Shown in pieces: positions 37,271 to 50,079 of a stretch of 64,000 bases of DNA. Origin of the DNA: Mytilus californianus. Lineage: Eukaryota. The translations under genes and the position numbers were made by a program. The DNA lies in assembly GCF_021869535.1 (NCBI RefSeq), contig NW_026262745.1, positions 43,462,001 through 43,526,000 of the forward strand, written 5' to 3'. Every line of letters begins with the position of its first letter. Position 1 is the stretch's first letter. Below the pieces are notes generated by a model. It made no database searches, was not told the DNA's origin, and saw nothing but the letters and a program-made list of their open reading frames with translations.

Positions 37271-37687
37271 GTGCTTATTTTGAAATAGTATCTATTCCAA
37301 CAAAGTTAGTGTATTCAACGAGCCAAAGATTCATGCAGTTTATGCTCCCCTCCGCCATCCTTCAATTCAATAGGGCGAGATACGGTCAGATAGGTTGGTA
37401 ATGTCGAGTAATGTCATTTTATTGGAAATCTCTAGTGAGTTGGGATTTTGTATCTATCAATTCGATTATTTAAAGATAGTTAGATCTTGAGACTTTCCCG
37501 AGAGTCGGAAGATACCAAGGAGATATTGAAACTCATAAGTCGAAGACAAGTCAATTATCAGTTTCTTTGATTTTCAGGTAACATAGTATCAGTAAATGAA
37601 GTCTTTTGAAGTCGATTCAGTCTATTATGATGTCTGTTAAACAATGATTTATAGGTATAATGTGTTTATAAATAATTTTTCAGCAAG

Positions 37688-39217
37688 ATGATTGCCAGTA
37701 TTTTGTATGTTAGCATCCTTCTGAGTCACGTCATTATCGAAACTGATGCCAAGAAAATTTTGTTCCTGATGGCTCAATCAAAAAGTCATATGTTTCCGGC
37801 AATACCTGTTGCGGAGGAGATGGTAAAATTAAACCATACAACTACTTTTGTGGTAGCAGCTAGAATGAAAGAGGCGTTGGCATCTGAAGGCATTAAACTT
37901 TCACCTTCTATCATTTCAAAGAGTTTTGATAAGTATTATTATGAGGACATTATTCGAGTTACGCTTGAGAAAATGGCACAAGGTTCAAAAATTGAATCGC
38001 AGGTGAAATGGTTACAAGGAACTAACGCTCTTTGTCACGAATTTATGAATGATAAGAAATTGATAGACGAATTAAAAGACCAGAGATTTGATATTGCTGT
38101 TATAGACTACGCACCTGTTCTTTGTTTCACTATTATGGCATATAAACTAGATCTGCCATTTGTCTCTTTTGGTGCCTTCATAGATCCAACCTTAAATAGA
38201 GTTCCATTGAACCCAGCTTTCACGCCAACATTTTTTTCCGATTTCAATGATAAGATGACATTCTTGGAGAGAGTTTGGAATACACTCCGATACATTTTTT
38301 TAGTTGCTAGACCTGCAGCTCCAACGTTGGAGAATTTGGCAGTCAAGTATGTCCCAGAAAAACCAGCCATCTCTAATCAAGAAGCAAAACAAAAAGCTAT
38401 GCTTTATATACATGACAGTGACATTCTATTTGATTATCCACAACCATTTCCTCCAAATGTAATACTTTGTGGCGGTCTTGCTGCACATCCGTCAAAAAAA
38501 GTATCAAAAAAACTTGACACATTTGCATCATCAAACAAAGGCTTGGTAGTTGTTTCTTTTGGTAGTATTTTCAAAACATTTCCGAATAATACCTTCGGGA
38601 AAATGATTGAAGCTTTTAAACAAATATCTGATCTTAACTTTGTGATTCGACAAGGAGATACAGAGGAGACAACAGACAATATTTTGAGACTTCCATGGAT
38701 CCCGCAGAACGATTTACTCGGTCATCCCCGTACCGTTTTATTTATAACTCATTGCGGTAGGAGTGGAAGTATGGAGGCTATCTACCACGGAATCCCTGTT
38801 ATTACATTTCCCTTAAGTATTGACCAACCTTACAATGCAGCTGTTATGGAAGACAAAGGTTATGGTATCAAGATGGATTTACATGATTTTTCTACTGAGG
38901 AATTAATTGCCAATATTAAACAAGTAGCTTTTACCGATAAGTATAAGCGTAATATTAAGCAAGCATCGGACATATTCCACAGTCGCCCACAAACTCCTGC
39001 AGAAAGGGCAGCTTATCATATCGATTTAGTTGCCAAGCATGGTGATAAACATTTTCGACACTTTGGGATAGATATACCATGGTATTCGTTTTATCTTGTT
39101 GATGTTATATGCTTTCTTTTGTTAATGAACATAAGCTCCTCTGTCGTAATGTATTTAGTGTTTAGGAAATGCAGAAGACATTTGAAAAACAGAGCTATTA
39201 AACTTAAAAAAGAATAA
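37688..39217 (+). CDS. UGT: UDP-glucuronosyltransferase (GT1/UGT family), 509 aa, intron-free CDS
   Basis: Signal peptide; catalytic His in QSKSHMFP; UGT signature WIPQNDLLGHPRTVLFITHCGRSGSMEAIYHGIPVITFPLSIDQ; C-terminal TM helix and dilysine-type ER-retrieval tail (KLKKE). A tttttcAG acceptor 4 nt before the ATG implies an upstream non-coding exon. Confidence 0.95.
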   Translation: MIASILYVSILLSHVIIETDAKKILFLMAQSKSHMFPAIPVAEEMVKLNHTTTFVVAARMKEALASEGIKLSPSIISKSFDKYYYEDIIRVTLEKMAQGSKIESQVKWLQGTNALCHEFMNDKKLIDELKDQRFDIAVIDYAPVLCFTIMAYKLDLPFVSFGAFIDPTLNRVPLNPAFTPTFFSDFNDKMTFLERVWNTLRYIFLVARPAAPTLENLAVKYVPEKPAISNQEAKQKAMLYIHDSDILFDYPQPFPPNVILCGGLAAHPSKKVSKKLDTFASSNKGLVVVSFGSIFKTFPNNTFGKMIEAFKQISDLNFVIRQGDTEETTDNILRLPWIPQNDLLGHPRTVLFITHCGRSGSMEAIYHGIPVITFPLSIDQPYNAAVMEDKGYGIKMDLHDFSTEELIANIKQVAFTDKYKRNIKQASDIFHSRPQTPAERAAYHIDLVAKHGDKHFRHFGIDIPWYSFYLVDVICFLLLMNISSSVVMYLVFRKCRRHLKNRAIKLKKE

Positions 39218-39811
39218 AAAAACAATAGATATTTAAAGATTGTTATTTTTTAAATGATTATCAATTATCACATACTGTACACGATATATAAATGAATTTA
39301 TATTATTGTTTTATGTTTTAAGTGCGCTGTTGGATTATTTGTAGAATTTGACGTCTACCTCTTATCTAATTCTATTTAGTCAAATATATAATCAAAATGC
39401 CCTATTTGACATCATATATAATGCAGTTCTACCGATCTAAATGAGGGAATGGATTTTTTTAACAGGTGAGTCTAAATTAAATTTTCCCATTGTTTCTCCA
39501 AGTACTAAAGTTATTGACTCTAAGCAATATGTTTTTCCCAAATGAAGTAAAAATATGTTAAACTAAAACTATATATGTAGCTATATTTAAACCATTGTGG
39601 TGACGTCAGCCTATTCATTTTCCGTGGATTCTTTTTCTAGAATCAACGCTTCCTAAATCTGCCGCTGAAATTGACTCACCAAATTATATTCAATTGTTTC
39701 CTTTGTATGCCTAATTTCATTAAGTTTGAATTGGCTAATTTACTGATTTCTGTTCACTAACGGAATTAATTTAAAAACTTACCTTTAATTTTTGTAATTT
39801 TTATATGCCTT

Positions 39812-40083
39812 CACTGGGAATCGAACCCTTCCTTGAAATCTGTTATGTGTGACTGACATCAACACACCGACGAAACCTCTCGGCTACCAATGGGTTACAC
39901 TATAGATGTTTATTATATATATTTAAATGAACATCTGATATACATCGGTTCATCGGACACACAGGGCTTGTACCTTTATATAGACAAAATAGGCAGTCGT
40001 ATAGTATGAGTTGGTAGCCGCGAGGTTAGCATGGTTAAACTCAATGAGTTAAAGATCGGGATTTGTCGGTTTAGTTCGAATCC
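39812..40083. promoter_or_regulatory. Two divergent tRNA-like A-box/B-box (Pol III type 2) units
   Basis: Minus strand: TTGGTAGCCGAGAGG (39890->) ... GGTTCGATTCC (39827-39817). Plus strand: TTGGTAGCCGCGAGG (40011->) ... AGTTCGAATCC (40073-40083). No cloverleaf evident. Confidence 0.55.
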
Positions 40084-40695
40084 CTGTATTCTCTCTGTTG
40101 TTCCAATTCTTAAGTTATCCTGGTTTTTTTTCTAATTTTTCAAGTTATAGTGGATATTTTTGTAATAATAGCGAGTTTTACCGGTTTTTTTTATTATTAT
40201 TGGCTATTTCACATGTTTGAAACACAAATGATTACATTCTATTTGTCAATTTTTGTTTTATAAATACAGTATGATTTCATCTGTTTTACTACATAATTTT
40301 ACAAAGGTTTGTTTGCAAATTCCTATGCGAGAAAATCGTGATGTGCCTAGAGTGCTAGAAAAATTTCGATAACATAATTATTATATATACTTTATATATG
40401 CTTTTTGGTCGGGTTGTTGTCTCTTTGACACGTTCCCCATTTCCATTTTCAATTTTATTAGAAATAATCTCAAATATGTCTTATTTTGTATAAACAGATA
40501 ATATTCATATGCCTGGTAATATAAAGATCTTTAAAGGTAGAAGTGTTATATTTGTATTTTGTTAACCAATTAATTGTGATCTGAGATTTATCAATGCATC
40601 GTTGGACACGATAACATGGTTATTTAAACTCACTTACAATACCTTCTAATTAAGAAAGGCTTTAATTTTGAAAAGAAATTAACACAATAGTTTAA

Positions 40696-40804
40696 GTTAT
40701 AGATACAATGGATAAGCGTAGATTCATGAAAAACAAACCATTCGCCCTCCGGGCTCATGGTTTCTTTTTCAAGAATCCACGCTTATCCATTGTATCTATA
40801 TAAC
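40696..40804. repeat. 109-bp hairpin (MITE-like)
   Basis: gttatagatacaatggataagcgtagattc pairs with gaatccacgcttatccattgtatctatataac. Confidence 0.85.
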
Positions 40805-41145
40805 ATCGCCCAGTTGATTCGATATATCAGAGTTTCTTTTTTCGGTATGATTTCGTGATAGGGATTACTGCTGACAAGGGGACCATGCGCTAATACGATA
40901 TTCAAAATCCTCTTTACAATTTAAATCGCCGAACACGAATATTCAGCACAATTTCAATTCTTCGATCGCCGAATGACAACGTTGATGCCAAATTCTCCTG
41001 CACCACTACATTTGAGTTGAGGGATATGTATTAAAATATTCTAGAACTTATCACCTTTTAAAAAAGCACTTTAAAATGAATTCCTGTAAACATGAATTAA
41101 AGTATGCTCAGATCTTCCTGGTTTTTACTAGCTCAATAAAACGAA

Positions 41146-41688
41146 CCGTTTCTATGGAGCAACATTCCAGCAACGCCTGCATACGGAGTATATATCTCCC
41201 AGTTGATACAATATTCTAGGACTCGCATTTCCTATCATGAATTATTTGATAGAGGGGTGCTGTTCACAAGGAAACTATTAAACCAATACTTCCAAGTGGG
41301 AATATTTTACGGACGCCATCATGAGTTGGTTGACGGTTATGGAATATGTTTCACAGGTGGCGATGGATATATTCTAATTGTCGTAAGTACAATCCCGTCC
41401 CCTTTTCCCCGAATGTGACCTACCGAATAAGACTTATCACCGAGTTTGTACTTTCATAAGCAATACATCGGGTGCTACATGTGGAGCAGGATCTGATTTC
41501 CCTTCCGGAGAATCTGAGATTACTCCCAGTTTTTGCTGGGGTTCGTGTTGTTCAGTCTTTAATTTTCTATGTTGTGTTTTGTGTACTGGCGTTTGTCTGT
41601 TTGTCTTTTTCTTTTTTAGCCATGGCGTTGTCAGTTTATTTTCGACTTATTAGTGTGAATGTCCGTTGGTATCTTTCGCCTCTTTTTT
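41146..41688 (+). mobile_element. Naiad PLE 3' fragment (RT end plus 3' UTR)
   Basis: PFLWSNIPATPAYGVYISQLIQYSRTRISYHELFDRGVLFTRKLLNQ..FYGRHHELVD; duplicated at about 44483-45027. Confidence 0.8.
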
Positions 41689-41959
41689 TATATATACACC
41701 TCATGTATTCTCTCCATGGCCCAAAACTTTAGTACACTACTTATAGGACTTATTGTCCTCCATTGACATTTTCCCCCGTGTTTTGCCTTTTTGGTAGAAA
41801 CTATAGTAGATAAACAGAAACTGTGAATAGGTTTGTTGTCAGGTCAAGTTGAAAATCACTGGATGTTCAACACAATGACTTATAATCCAATACATAATCA
41901 ATCATAAAAAAAGTTAATGTAAACACCAGACACATGAGGTTACAAGGTTGAAATAAATT

Positions 41960-44900
41960 TCGAGTAATGACATTTTATTGGAAATCTCTAGTGAGTTGGG
42001 ATTTTGTATCTATCAATTCGATTATTTAAAGATAGTTAGATCTTGAGACTTTCCCGAGAGTCGGAAGATACCAAGGAGATATTGAAACTCATAAGTCGAA
42101 GACAAGTCAATTATCAGTTTCTTTGATTTTCAGGTAACATAGTATCAGTAAATGAAGTCTTTTGAAGTCGATTCAGTCTATTATGATGTCTGTTAAACAA
42201 TGATTTATAGGTATAATGTGTTTATAAATAATTTTTCAGCAAGATGATTGCCAGTATTTTGTATCTTAGCATCCTTCTGAGTCACGTCATTATCGAAACT
42301 GATGCCAAGAAAATTTTGTTCCTGATGGCTCAATCAAAAAGTCATATGTTTCCGGCAATACCTGTTGCGGAGGAGATGGTAAAATTAAACCATACAACTA
42401 CTTTTGTGGTAGCAGCTAGAATGAAAGAGGCGTTGGCATCTGAAGGCATTAAACTTTCACCTTCTATCATTTCAAAGAGTTTTGATAAGTATTATTATGA
42501 GAACATTATTCGAGTTACGCTTGAGAAAATGGCACAAGGTTCAAAAATTGAATCGCAGGTGAAATGGTTACAAGGAACTAACGCTCTTTGTCACGAATTT
42601 ATGAATGATAAGAAATTGATAGACGAATTAAAAGACCAGAAATTTGATATTGCTGTTATAGACTACGCACCTGTTCTTTGTTTCACTATTATGGCATATA
42701 AACTAGATCTGCCATTTGTCTCTTTTGGTGCCTTCATAGATCCAACCTTAAATCGAGTTCCATTGAACCCAGCTTTCACGCCAACATTTTTTCCGATTTC
42801 AATGATAAGATGACATTCTTGGAGAGAGTTTGGAATACACTCCGATACATTTTTTTAGTTGCTAGACCTGCAGCTCCAACGTTGGAGAATTTGGCAGTCA
42901 AGTATGTCCCAGAAAAACCAGCCATCTCTAATCAAGAAGCAAAACAAAAAGCTATGCTTTATATACATGACAGTGACATTCTATTTGATTATCCACAACC
43001 ATTTCCTCCAAATGTAATACTTTGTGGCGGTCTTGCTGCACATCCGTAAAAAAAAGTATCAAAAAAACTTGACACATTTGCATCATCAAAAAAAGGCTTG
43101 GTAGTTGTTTCTTTTGGCAGTATTTTCAAAACATTTCCGAATAATACCTTCGGGAAAATGATTGAAGCTTTTAAACAAATATCTGATCTTAACTTTGTGA
43201 TTCGACAAGGAGATACAGAGGAGACAACAGACAATATTTTGAGACTTCCATGGATCCCGCAGAACGATTTACTCGGTCATCCCCGTACCGTTTTATTTAT
43301 AACTCATTGCGGTAGGAGTGGAAGTATGGAGGCTATCTACCACGGAATCCCTGTTATTACATTTCCCTTAAGTATTGACCAACCTTACAATGCAGCTGTT
43401 ATGGAAGACAAAGGTTATGGTATCAAGATGGATTTACATGATTTTTCTACTGAGGAATTAATTGCCAATATTAAACAAGTAGCTTTTACCGATAATTATA
43501 AGCGTAATATTAAGCAAGCATCGGACATATTCCACAGTCGCCCACAAACTCCTGCAGAAAGGGCAGCTTATTATATCGATTTAGTTGCCAAGCATGGTGA
43601 TAAACATTTTCGACACTTTGGGATAGATATACCATGGTATTCGTTTTATCTTGTTGATGTTATATGCTTTCTTTTGTTAACGAACATAAGCTCCTCTGTC
43701 GTAATGTATTTAGTGTTTAGGAAATGCAGAAGACATTTGAAAAACAGAGCTATTAAGCTTAAAAAAGAATAAAAAAACAATAGATATTTAAAGATTGTTA
43801 TTTTTCAAATGATTATCAATTATCACATACTGTACACGATATATAAATGAATTTATATTATTGTTTTATGTTTTAAGTGCGCTGTTGGATTATTTGTAGA
43901 ATTTGACGTCTACCTCTTATCTAATTCTATTTAGTCAAATATATAATCAAAATGCCCTATTTGACATCATATATAATGCAGTTCTACCGATCTAAATGAG
44001 GGAATGGATTTTTTTAACAGGTGAGTCTAAATTAAATTTTCCCATTGTTTCTCCAAGTACTAAAGTTATTGACTCTAAGCAATATGTTTTTCCCAAATGA
44101 AGTAAAAATATGTTAAACTAAAACTATATATGTAGCTATATATCGCCCAGTTGATTCGATATATCAGAGTTTCTTTTTTCGGTATGATTTCGTGATAGGG
44201 ATTACTGCTGACAAGGGGACCATGCGCTAATACGATATTCAAAATCCTCTTTACAATTTAAATCGCCGAACACGAATATTCAGCACCATTTCAATTCTTC
44301 GATCGCCGAATGACAACGTTGATGCCAAATTCTCCTGCACCACTACATTTGAGTTGAGGGATATGTATTAAAATATTCTAGAACTTATCACCTTTTAAAA
44401 AAACACTTTAAAATGAATTCCTGTAAACATGAATTAAAGTATGCTCAGATCTTCCTGGTTTTTACTAGCTCAATAAAACGAACCGTTTCTATGGAGCAAC
44501 ATTCCAGCAACGCCTGCATACGGAGTATATATATCTCCCAGTTGATACAATATTCTAGGACTCGCATTTCCTATCATGAATTATTTGATAGAGGGGTGCT
44601 GCTCACAAGGAAACTATTAAACCAATACTTCCAAGTGGGAAAATTTTACGGACGCCATCATGAGTTGGTTGACGGTTATGGAATATGTTTCACAGGTGAC
44701 GATGGATATATTCTAATTGTCGTAACTACAATCCCGTCCCCTTTTCCCCGAATGTGACCTACCGAATAAGACTTATCACCGAGTTTGTACTTTCATAAGC
44801 AATACATCGGGTGCTACATGTGGAGCAGGATCTGATTTCCCTTCCGGAGAATCTGAGATTACTCCCAGTTTTTGCTGGGGTTCGTGTTGTTCAGTCTTTA

Positions 44901-45234
44901 ATTTTCTATGTTGTGTTTTGTGTACTGGCGTTTGTCTGTTTGTCTTTTTCTTTTTTAGCCATGGCGTTGTCAGTTTATTTTCGACTTATTAGTGTGAATG
45001 TCCGTTGGTATCTTTCGCCTCTTTTTTTATATATACACCTCATGTATTCTCTCCATGGCCCAAAACTTTAGTACACTACTTATAGGACTTATTGTCCTCC
45101 ATTGACATTTTCCCCCGTGTTTTGCCTTTTTGGTAGAAACTATAGTAGATAAACAGAAACTGTGAATAGGTTTGTTGTCAGGTCAAGTTGAAAATCACTG
45201 GATGTTCAACACAATGACTTATAATCCAATACAT
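41960..45234 (+). repeat. Segmental tandem duplication, copy 2 (lacks the equivalent of about 39577-40804)
   Basis: Near-identical to copy 1, with junction gtagctatat|atcgcccag at about 44141; a 65-bp unshared segment (41895-41959) separates the copies. Confidence 0.95.
42244..43772 (+). pseudogene. UGT: UGT duplicate, disrupted (1-bp deletion in a T-run at about 42790; TCA->TAA at 43047-43049)
   Basis: Split into ORFs 42244-42813, 42810-43049 and 43098-43772. About 11 substitutions versus 37688-39217 by eye. Both lesions are in homopolymer contexts, so sequencing error is possible. Confidence 0.8.
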
Positions 45235-48200
45235 TTTTATTTGTATTATGAACTGTTCCTATATTTAATTTATGTTGTCCAATATTTTTCGAAATCCAGT
45301 TCAGCGCCTTTGGGACGTCGCAAGGGAATTGATCTGATAATTATAAAATTGATCTTACAGATCTTTGGTCTTATTTTAATTTATTGGCCAAGCTCTTCCC
45401 TGAAATTAGCAAATTTGATAAGAAATGGATTTTGTTTGTGAAATTTTCTTTCCAATGAAAACAAATTTGATTTTATATTATTGTAACATCATTTTTACAT
45501 TGAAAAAAACTGTGTTCATCAATTGAAAACTTCAAAAAATTTGTTTATCAGGGGCGGCATAAAAGAATGTATAGGTAATTTACTTATTTTGTTTTTTAGG
45601 AAGTGAACGAGTTCCTCGACCTCACCTTTTCATTTTATTTTCTGAATTTAAAACACTTATTTGTCTTCTCAAACATTGTTTTAAAATCTACTATGCACTG
45701 TCGGCTCATAGTTATTCGTCGTGTGCCAATTTTGCGTATTTTGTGGTTATTAGTAAACGCTGAACCTTAATGTGCAACGAAGTACAATTTTTTCTATGGT
45801 TTACTTTGCATACGTTATCAATTCCACGAAAATATGATCTTTCCTCCATCCAAGAAAAATTGGTATCAACGAAAACGAATGAATCCACAGTAGTGTTTTT
45901 CAATGCAGAATCCTGACAAAATCTGACAATTTTGCAAAACCGTGCTTGATACAAATTTCGATGAATCATTTTTTAATATATATTTTTGAATATTGTATAA
46001 TCTTAACTACATTTTGATAAAAAAAAAAACGAAAATGTTCTGTCCTTTTTAATTAAGATCCCCATCTACCTTGAATTAAAGCAAATTTGGCAGATATACA
46101 GTACATAGATATTGTTAACTATAAGCATAATGTTCAAACTCGGCACAAAATAATTTTTGTTGTTGATTACAGCGCTAACTTCGCAAGGATTACATTTTGA
46201 TACAGAATACCGGGTAATTCTGACACTTCTTATAAATATACGAGGAAAGTCAATCGTTGAAAAAGACCGAAAATATCGAATAAATAGAAGGATGAGTCAA
46301 CATTTATAAGTTAAACAGTCATGCACAGACAACTCAACAACCACAAATATAAATATAAATATAAAAACAAAAGTTAATAAAACTAAAACTTTGTAAAAAA
46401 GCTATTGATTAAGCAACACACAATTGACCAAATATCAACAAATGAACTCCGATCATACTAAGGATGAACAATGCCCCTTCCACTATCCACAATAGTTGGT
46501 TTGCTAATTTGTGTAAGATTCAGGCTATCGGTCGTATTGAAAGCCCGGTGCTATAATCATGTTACAAAGACAGGATTGAGCGGGCATCCGTTTTCATCAT
46601 TGTGAGGAACACTCACAGCATTTGATTGTGGGAGTTGCAATGCGGTGAAACAAGTAATATAAACAGTTGTGTCGATCAATTTTTGTCATCTGGAGGTTTG
46701 GTATAGACGTCGATGAAAGAGAAACTACACATAAAACAAACGATATCTAGAGGTGAACATACTGATTAAACAATTAAAGAAATATCCAAAAACAATACGT
46801 CAAGGACTCAAATGCCTCACATCTAGTGAATAAATTTGACATACATGATTGACTATCTGCTATAACATCAAATCCCTAAAAGACAAAACATAATCAGAAA
46901 ATGGCAGAGTTTAACACAGACGAGGTTCCTCACTTGGGACAGGAATATGAACGTGTTTCAGAATCAAAGTAGCTTTGTAGTACTAAAACATTAATTCGTC
47001 GACAGTTTAGAGGAAGGAAGGTTATCTAAAAGTTGCCCGAACCAAGATAGAGTCAATTTGAACTGGTTATCTATAAATTTGAATTATACGGTATATCGCC
47101 AATGTCAATATTTAATCAATGTATTTTTCTATCGATTAATTCCGTCTTGTCAGTCATACAGTGCATTCATTATTATTCATGGGATATCATTTTTTGTAGA
47201 TTTCTTTGGTATAAGTACACCACGAATTCAAATGTTAAACGAAGAACAATTTTGTTATAGGCTCGCCTGTATGAATACCTGTGGATTAAATATGTTCGAG
47301 ATATACTTATTTTCGCAAAATTTCATAGACAAAATTTAAACACGAGTTAAACATTTCAACAAAATACTAGTTTTTCAATGGCTTGTTTGCGAAAATAAAT
47401 CACCAAATGATAAACAATGAAGGTTCTGCAAACTAAGTCGAACGGAATGAATGGTCGGAAATTTGACTTGACTCTGCAAAGGGGTATTATGGATAGAAAC
47501 AGATTTTTTGTTCATTTACGTACAGAGAGCGTGACACTCCCTTACATGATACATCGGATTCACTAACGACCAGTAGTTGCGCATTTTATGGATTCCGCAT
47601 ACCCAAACGTGCATTTTGTTTTGAAATATGCTTCACTGCCGACTTCCTAGTGTACAGAAGTCCAATTCTCTATATCCCAATCAACCCATTTGGGTCATGT
47701 TCAGAGGAAATCAGAATGATAATTTTACTACTTGATGAAAAAATGTAACTGATTCTATTCGGAGCATACCCGGCTACGACGGTATAATGTCTTTTTAGTT
47801 TTGAAATTGTTGCACATTTTATTGAAATGGCAGTGTGCGGAAAACGTATAAATATTTGTTGTGACCTGAAAATAGTCAATAAAAAATGACAAAAATAAAA
47901 AATCGACAGCCTTAATTATTTTTCCTGTCTTGAGAAAATATTTAAGTGTATTGACCGATGGATTTCGTTCTTGCCAATAGCCTTTATAAAAAGATTACTA
48001 TAACTTCCTTTCATTTACTTTAATTCTATTTCGCCTCAGACGAGTTGAGTAAGAACTATTAGAGTATCATCGGCAATTGAAACTGCGTGCTTATCCGCGT
48101 TCACAGCCAGATATCGGTGACTTGTCGAAAAATGATTTTATAACTTGTAGAAATATCTAATAAAGTCATACACAAAACCACCACTTGTTGTTAAAAATCT

Positions 48201-50079
48201 TATTAAGCGGTTAAATTGAACTCAACCCAGGCCCTAAAATGCCACACTGGCCCTGTGTTTCATGTGGAAAAAATGTCACTTGGTAATGTAAAGCTTTAGA
48301 GTGTGACTTGATATCATGTGGAAAACTTGGTATCATGTAGATTGTCAAGGAGGTATGCAAGCAGTAATGTATAACATAGTTGATAACAGTAACCTGTCCT
48401 GGAATTGTATTAAATGTGGACTCCCATACTTTAGCAGTTCATATTTAACCATATTGAACTATCATCATCTGTTACAACCATTTCTTTTTCGTTATTAAGT
48501 GACATTGGTAGTCCTGGACAGCCCCATGCATGTTCATCAACAATCTCACAAAAGGACAACAGAAAACAAATTATAAAAAAAGGTAATAAGACCGAAAAAC
48601 AAGTTACTTAGACCTTTGAAAATAGTAAATATTAACTTCCAGTCTATCAAGAACAAAAAACCAGAAGTAAATATTTTGATCAATACCACACAGCCTGGTA
48701 TAATTAATAGGTACTGAAACCTGGTAAGATCCTAAAACATCATCATATGAATATTTTGCAAAACATCAATACACAGTATTTAGAAAAGATAGACCACCAA
48801 ATAAAAGGGCAATGTCATGCAGACGTTCTCATAGCTATATCATATAATTTTTGGTGCAACTAGACCCATGATGTGAAATAATATGGATAGAACTATTGAT
48901 ATAAAATGCACGTAAATGTTATATATGTGCTTATTATCGACCTCAACCAGAATGAATCATTAAGTAGAATAAACGTCAGCTCAAAGTCAGCCAAAATTGT
49001 TGGGGGTGGGGGTACTTTAATTTAGGAAACATCAATTGGGAAACATCTAGTGTCATCCCTAGAAAAACAAACCAAAAGCAACATCTGTGATCATACCAAC
49101 TCGAAATGATAAATTATTGTGTTAACCAATTATCCAGTCATTATTGAAAAAACTGAAACCATGCCACCATTTAGAGCGGCAGACCATGATATTGTATATA
49201 TAAAATGTTTACTATCACTAAAAAGATACTAAACTAAGCCACCTAAAATTTATGAACATAAAAACGCAAACTGTCAAAATATAAAAGAGGATATAGATGA
49301 AATATATCAAGATATCATGCATTAAAAGGATAATAAAGATACAAATACACTTTGGATAATATTTAAAAATTCTCTGCAAAAACTATCTCTGAGAACTAAC
49401 CACAGAAAATGATGAGACACAGCAAAGATTTACCTTGAATAACAGACAGTCTTAGGAGACAAATGAAACAATACAAGTAAAAATATCAGAATTATAAGTT
49501 GAAAGGGCAAGGGAACCTAGACCAACTCAAAAAATTAAAACATGAATTACAAAAACAGCAAAGAAGATCTTATTGGAAATATATTGAAGATATGATATGT
49601 GGTATACCAATTGATGACAACCCTACTACTATATCAAAAAGTTTTCCCAAAAATCTTTTTAGCTACATAAAAACACAAAAGTTTGAAAGCTCTAATATTC
49701 CACCACTACGGAAAAAGGGCTCACTAACATCTCATCCAAAAACAAAAGCAAATATACTAAATGAACAGTTCTAAAAAGCATTTACGCCTGTAACAGATGA
49801 CCCCATACCAGATAAGAGCGTCAGTAAACATCCACAGATGCCTGATATTTAAATACAAAAACAAGGAATAGAAAAGCTTCTAAACAATATCAATATTAGT
49901 AATTTTAAAAGCAGCTAGGCCTGATCTCATCCATGGAAACATATTAAAAGAGTGCAAGACATCTCTCACTCCCATCTTGTCAATCATATTTCAAATATCA
50001 CTGGAAAGATCCAAATGACTGGCTTCGTGCAAGTGTATGTCCAGCGTTCAAAAAAGGCGACAAACACGATCATATAAAC

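Larger units (their letters stand above)
37404..41894 (+). repeat. Segmental tandem duplication, copy 1
   Basis: Starts tcgagtaatg..ttttattggaaatctctagtgag and ends ataatccaatacat; collinear with 41960-45234. Confidence 0.95.

Noticed and set aside
38107-38679. Minus-strand ORFs of 87 and 81 aa (also 42989-43234)
   Set aside because: Antisense shadows of the UGT CDS.
39812-40090. Intact tRNA genes
   Set aside because: A and B boxes are present, but acceptor and anticodon stems cannot be formed; kept only as a promoter-like finding.
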